Positions 59,288 to 64,000 of a stretch of 64,000 nt of DNA are shown piece by piece; within the stretch, counting starts at the first letter, position 1; each line of letters begins with the position of its first letter. The position numbers and the translations under genes are program-made. The notes beneath the pieces were generated by a model that saw only the letters and a list, made by a program, of their open reading frames with translations, was not told the DNA's origin and searched no databases. This stretch comes from Promethearchaeota archaeon (lineage in GTDB: Archaea > Asgardarchaeota > Thorarchaeia > Thorarchaeales > Thorarchaeaceae), in the NCBI GenBank assembly GCA_014728035.1, contig WJMJ01000128.1, forward strand, positions 1-64,000. Reading direction: 5' to 3'.

Positions 59288-60097
59288 TTAATACATCCCA
59301 CCAGGAAATCTTTCGGATTCAATTAATTCTAGGAAGTCAGCCAGAATATCATTGAACTGGTTAGGTTGTTCGACCATGGGATTGTGGTCAGACTTTCTAA
59401 CTATTGCAATTTCAGCGTTTGGAAACAGTATTTCGTATTCCTGGACTTCATCAACAGGCATAATGTTGTCCTCATCACCACAGACAACAAGAATTGGAAC
59501 TCCAATTTCAGGTAGACGGTCTGTGACATCAAAAACATCGCAGGCTTTCAAGTCCCGAGACATCATCTTGGGCCGTTTTTCCTTATACTCCCCTTCAAGT
59601 GAACGAATTTCATACTCACGAGATTTGTGCTTGGACAATCGGCCCCGTAGAAGGTTGAAAGTGTCTTCAATCGCTTCAATCACTAGTCCAATTGCCAAGT
59701 TTCGAATTTTCAAGTCTGGACGTGTACTCACAAGAACCATGGCGGTCGGTTGAAAAAGATCTTTCTGAAGCCCATATGACATGACAACCCCACCACCCAT
59801 ACTGTGACCAACAAGCACATACTTGTCAAGACCAACATAATCAACTAAAGCTGCAACCTCTCGTGCGTATTCATCAATATCCGCAGGAGAATCATTATCA
59901 TCTGAAAGCCCATGATTGGTCAGGTCGATTGCGATTACTCTATGCTTTTCTGCGAACTTTTCAATCTGGATGGACCAGATAACGTGGTACGAACCTGCAC
60001 CATGAACTAATACAAGAGGAATACCTTTGGTCTTATCTTCTCGTTCATCTACATCCAAATAATGTATCTTGAGTCCATTATACTCGAAGTATGGCAT
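59288..60097 (-). CDS. Alpha/beta hydrolase
   Basis: LVLVHGAG, GHSMGG, GDED, HNPMVEQP. Confidence 0.9.
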   Translation of the reverse strand: MPYFEYNGLKIHYLDVDEREDKTKGIPLVLVHGAGSYHVIWSIQIEKFAEKHRVIAIDLTNHGLSDDNDSPADIDEYAREVAALVDYVGLDKYVLVGHSMGGGVVMSYGLQKDLFQPTAMVLVSTRPDLKIRNLAIGLVIEAIEDTFNLLRGRLSKHKSREYEIRSLEGEYKEKRPKMMSRDLKACDVFDVTDRLPEIGVPILVVCGDEDNIMPVDEVQEYEILFPNAEIAIVRKSDHNPMVEQPNQFNDILADFLELIESERFPGGMY

Positions 60098-60191
60098 ACA
60101 GACACCTCGAAAAGAAAATGAACGAGTCCATATAGAGATATTTTGCGTATCAGTAGATAGCTTTTTACAGAGAATTTTTGGATAGCACATA

Positions 60192-61574
60192 GTGACCATA
60201 ATGACAAAGCTGTTTGGTACTACTGGAGTTAGAAAAATTTACGGAACTGAATTTGATGTTGAGATGGCCTTGAAGTTGGGAAAGTCTCTAGGTACGTATC
60301 TCAAGGAGGGTACTGTCCTGATAGCACGAGATGCTAGAACTACCGGACTTATGATTGCTGATGCCCTTTCTGCGGGATTATTGTCAACCGGAGTAAATGT
60401 AGTACGTGGTGGAATCATTCCAACGCCAACGTTGGCATTGATGACTAGAGAGCTCGGATATGATGCAGGTTTGATGGTCACAGCATCACATAATCCACCA
60501 GAATACACTGGAGTGAAGTTCTGGGGAGCAGACAGTATGGGACTTACACAAGATGTTGAGTCTAAATTGGAAGAGATCTTTCATTCAGAACAGTACCAAG
60601 TTGCCACGTGGAAAAAGCTTGGAAATGAGTCAAGTAATGGTACATTGGTAGCAAGTCATATTGAAAGATTGCTTGAAAGGTGTGATGTTGATAAAATACG
60701 TTCAAAGAAATACAAAGTAATTGTTGACCCAGGCAATGGAGCTGCCTGTGTACTTACTCCATATCTTATGCAAGAATTGGGATGCAAGGTAGTCACTGTA
60801 AACGGTCAACTGGATGGACATTTTCCAGGTAGAAAATCAGAACCTGAAAAAGAGTCCCTAACAGACTTAATTCGGCTGATTGAAAATACTGGGGCAGACT
60901 TGGGAATTGCACATGATGGGGATTCGGACCGGGTTGTATTTGTGACCGAAACAGGGGAAGTAATTCGTGGTGATCGGACAATTGCTTTTCTGGCACAAGA
61001 GTATCTCAAGACTACCGCTAGCAAGACCATTGTTACAACAGTAGATAGCTCACAGGTTCTAGATGAAACCGTTAAGAAAGCAGGTGGCGAAACTATCCGT
61101 ACTCCGGTCGGAGATATTCAAGTTGCAATAAAGATTCGAGATGAAGATGCAGCAATGGGAGGAGAGGCATGTGGTGTATTTATCTTCCCGGAATTTCATT
61201 TGGCACCTGAGCCATTTTTGGCAGCTTGTAAGATTCTTGAAATCATGGCGAAGACAGACAAATCCTTTGGGAGTCTAATTACAAATATTCCGATTTATCC
61301 TCTTCAGAAATCAAAAGTCCCCTGTGCTAACGAATTGAAACCTAAAGCAATGGAAAAGCTATCAGATGTGCTTCCCAAAGCCATGGGAGATGTCGTTGAA
61401 GTCTTAACTGTTGACGGTCTGGGAGTGTTTCTTAAGAAAGGCTGGGTTCTTGTACGTCCATCAGGAACAGAACCAATCATTCGTATAACCTGTGAAGCTC
61501 CAGAAGAGGAAATAACTCAGAATATCCTCAAACAAGCAAAATCGATCGTAGAGGAAACAATGGAAACTCTTTGA
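60192..61574 (+). CDS. glmM: Phosphoglucosamine mutase / PMM-PGM family
   Basis: LFGTTGVR, TASHNPPEY, HDGDSDR, GGE, RPSGTEP. Confidence 0.88.
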   Translation: MTIMTKLFGTTGVRKIYGTEFDVEMALKLGKSLGTYLKEGTVLIARDARTTGLMIADALSAGLLSTGVNVVRGGIIPTPTLALMTRELGYDAGLMVTASHNPPEYTGVKFWGADSMGLTQDVESKLEEIFHSEQYQVATWKKLGNESSNGTLVASHIERLLERCDVDKIRSKKYKVIVDPGNGAACVLTPYLMQELGCKVVTVNGQLDGHFPGRKSEPEKESLTDLIRLIENTGADLGIAHDGDSDRVVFVTETGEVIRGDRTIAFLAQEYLKTTASKTIVTTVDSSQVLDETVKKAGGETIRTPVGDIQVAIKIRDEDAAMGGEACGVFIFPEFHLAPEPFLAACKILEIMAKTDKSFGSLITNIPIYPLQKSKVPCANELKPKAMEKLSDVLPKAMGDVVEVLTVDGLGVFLKKGWVLVRPSGTEPIIRITCEAPEEEITQNILKQAKSIVEETMETL

Positions 61575-61705
61575 GGTGGATTCCAAAAAATATGATTCTG
61601 ATTTGCGGAATAACAAAGTCTATCAAATAGAACACACATAAGCAAACAAGGTTTATAGCACAATTAAATAAAATCAGATATGATTACTTAAAGGTCTGAA
61701 TAGCC

Positions 61706-62101
61706 ATGGGCGACGACGAAGATTTCATTATGGAAGAATTTGAATGGGCTCTTAAGGACCCGACCGAAGAAAAACTACGCGAACTTGGAGAAGTAGTTAG
61801 CACAATAACAAAGAAATTGATTGAATTCATTGAATCACTCCAATCTGAAGTCGCCGGATTAAGGTCGGAAGTTGGAGGGCTCGAATCAAAAATTGGCTCT
61901 CTCGAATCTAAGATGGCCTCTGGTTCTTTCACACCCTCATCATCAGCACCATCTTCAGCAGCTGATGCTGCTCCTGCAATGGCAAAGGCACCCACAGCGA
62001 GAGCACCCCCACCTAAATCTAGCGCTGGGGGCGGCGGTGGAATGATGGGCGAACTCAAAGCTCTTCTAGCAGCTCGAAGAAAGAAAGCAGAGGGCAGCTA
62101 G
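61706..62101 (+). CDS. Coiled-coil micro-protein with Pro/Ala linker and WH2/VASP-FAB-like motif
   Basis: Heptads IESLQSEVAGLRSEVGGLESKIGSLESKM; APPPKSSAGGGGGMMGELKALLAARRKK. Confidence 0.75.
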   Translation: MGDDEDFIMEEFEWALKDPTEEKLRELGEVVSTITKKLIEFIESLQSEVAGLRSEVGGLESKIGSLESKMASGSFTPSSSAPSSAADAAPAMAKAPTARAPPPKSSAGGGGGMMGELKALLAARRKKAEGS

Positions 62102-62105
62102 TTAC

Positions 62106-62771
62106 TCAGAGCAGTGTTTTGACACTGTTTTCAGGATAGAATGGTCCTGCATGTTCTGGTAAAGAGATTGTAAAAGCTTCTGCACGTTTTACATCAGCTT
62201 GTACGCCCCGTAGACGAGTTCGAGCATCATACAGTTTCTCATAGAAATCATTAGCTTTTGATATCTGTGATTTGTGCTGCTTCAATGCCCGAAGTGCAGT
62301 AGAGTAGGATTCTGAAATATCTACTTGGATGTGAGGGTGAGAATGTAAAGAGTTGATCTCCATATGATAGATCCTTTCTACACGATGGGCGTTATCAAAA
62401 ATCGTAATATGAGATGCCCACTCAACTGCTTGTTGTACTATTTGGACGCAAATCTGGTGATTTCTGTTATAATCATCTTCAGAATGTGTGATAATGATAG
62501 TTGGACGTGACTTGAGAATTGTAGCCACTACCTCGTGGACCATACTCATGTCTATATCAAAATCATCCCGTTCACTAAGATAGAGATTTCGCACACCAAG
62601 AACTGTACACGCCTTTTTCAGTTCCTCATTTCGTTCGTCATTACCAGTCATACAATGAACATCAACTGGAATGCCATTTCTCACATGTTGATGAATCGTT
62701 CCTCCAGCACCTAAAGATTCATCATCAGGATGAGCAACAATAACGAGTAGAGAAGGAGATTTACCAGACAT
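62106..62771 (-). CDS. PIG-L/BshB-like de-N-acetylase
   Basis: VAHPDDESLGAGG, RNEELKKACTVLGV, VDISE...AL..HKSQ, RLRG...AEAF. Confidence 0.85.
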   Translation of the reverse strand: MSGKSPSLLVIVAHPDDESLGAGGTIHQHVRNGIPVDVHCMTGNDERNEELKKACTVLGVRNLYLSERDDFDIDMSMVHEVVATILKSRPTIIITHSEDDYNRNHQICVQIVQQAVEWASHITIFDNAHRVERIYHMEINSLHSHPHIQVDISESYSTALRALKQHKSQISKANDFYEKLYDARTRLRGVQADVKRAEAFTISLPEHAGPFYPENSVKTLL

Positions 62772-62881
62772 AATGAGTGCTTTTCTTTTCTTCAATATCA
62801 ACATTGTGAAAGAAAGCAATATGCTCCTACCACTGTTCTTAAAGGTGGGCTAAATTAGTTAGTAACAAAAAGGTGAACTAC

Positions 62882-64000
62882 TTGAAAATAGGAGTGAATA
62901 TGTATCCCTCCGTCGGAGGTTCTGGATACCTTGCTACAAGATTGAGCCAAAATCTTGCACATCGAAATCACATAATCCACTTTATCACCTATGAACGTCC
63001 ATTCTCTTTGATGTGGGAACAACCAAAAGGGATTCACGTCGATCTTGTTGATAGATTTGATTATCCATTATTCAAAGCAGTTGGTCCCCCATATTCAATG
63101 GCTCTTACGTCAAAAATACTAAAGGTTGTCAAAGAGGCGAAATTGGACCTTATTCACGCACATTACGCAATTCCACACGCAATGTCTGCTTATATGGCAC
63201 GAGAAATCTCTGGCATACCATATGTAGTTACATTACATGGCTCTGATGTACACACTCTTGGTCTTGATCCAGCATACAAACCAGTAGTTCAATATACTGT
63301 CCAGAAAGCTAATGCGGTTACTGCAGTTTCTGAATTTTTAAAGGAAAAGGCAGTAAACGAACTGGGAATAGAACGTAAGATACATGTCATTCCAAACTTC
63401 ATTGATGTAGAAGAATTTCAACCAGCCAATGATTGCAGATTGGTAGTTGAAAGCGGATGTGTTTCTTTACGACAGGTTGAGGATCCGGAGGCAATCCATC
63501 CAGAGGAAAAGGTTCTCTTGCATGCATCAAACTTCAGGTCGGTAAAACGAGTTGTGGATATAATAGAAATCATGAGGATTGTTGTCGATCATCAACCTGA
63601 AACACGATTGATAATCGCTGGAGACGGGCCGACTCGAATAGAGGTGGAGAGGAAAATCGAGGCATTGGATTTGTGTAATCATGTTCACCTCTTAGGAGTC
63701 AAGAGTAATATCCAAGAGATTATGTGTTCGGCAGATTTGTTCATACTGAATTCCACACTGGAAGGAATGCCATTAGTACTCTTGGAATCCATGGCTTGCC
63801 AATTGCCCATTGTTACAACTCCAGCAGGAGGAATTCCTGAACTCGTTCGACCGGGACTGGATGGAGTGGTTACAAAAGGATTTGAGCAAGAAGAATTTGC
63901 AGAAGCTATCATTGATTTATTAGTTGATGACAAAAAGAGAAAAAGATTTGCAGTGGCTGGAAGAAAGCGAGTTGAAGAATCATTTTCTGCAAAGGCAATT
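62882..64000 (+). CDS. bshA: BshA-like GT4 glycosyltransferase (partial, runs off window end; absent from ORF track)
   Basis: AGGTGA SD and TTG start; MKIGVNMYPSVGGSG..AT.L, HAHYAIPHA, TLHGSD, HASNFRSVKRV, EGMPLVLLESMA. Confidence 0.85.
   Translation, partial: MKIGVNMYPSVGGSGYLATRLSQNLAHRNHIIHFITYERPFSLMWEQPKGIHVDLVDRFDYPLFKAVGPPYSMALTSKILKVVKEAKLDLIHAHYAIPHAMSAYMAREISGIPYVVTLHGSDVHTLGLDPAYKPVVQYTVQKANAVTAVSEFLKEKAVNELGIERKIHVIPNFIDVEEFQPANDCRLVVESGCVSLRQVEDPEAIHPEEKVLLHASNFRSVKRVVDIIEIMRIVVDHQPETRLIIAGDGPTRIEVERKIEALDLCNHVHLLGVKSNIQEIMCSADLFILNSTLEGMPLVLLESMACQLPIVTTPAGGIPELVRPGLDGVVTKGFEQEEFAEAIIDLLVDDKKRKRFAVAGRKRVEESFSAKAI

Noticed and set aside
61684-62058. 124-aa antisense ORF with PPPPP
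   Set aside because: Mirror of the Gly-rich VASP-like gene on the + strand.

Overview
Chromosomal window from an Asgard archaeon, most likely Thorarchaeota. This is inferred from a gelsolin-domain protein, an Ena/VASP-like micro-protein, two Rab-like GTPases, a Vps62-like gene and tandem beta-helix surface proteins. Metabolic genes include a hisGDCBHAFI operon preceded by trpB2, galKT, thyX, porGDAB, iorAB, an ABC transporter, glmM and bshA/bshB-like genes. The most striking unannotated signal is in the trpB2-his intergenic regions. Three 18-19-codon uORFs, each with an SD-like element, sit there, and two are His/Trp-rich (MVSRVYHYQWHWGPRGPV before trpB2; MDTHHWRWQRHATWRCQVA before the his operon). 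They are embedded in alternative hairpins and U-tracts and share a ~17-nt motif, which makes them a candidate ribosome-coupled attenuation system in an Asgard archaeon. Other notable items: a BBS2/ITFG2-like propeller-Ig-Rab fusion, a propeller-appendage-coiled-coil protein, an orphan CARF-HTH plus double-Lrp regulator pair, three TrmB-like paralogues with adjacent micro-ORFs, and a candidate sRNA. No rRNA, tRNA, CRISPR array or mobile element was recognised. All family calls come from motif recognition by eye, not database searches.
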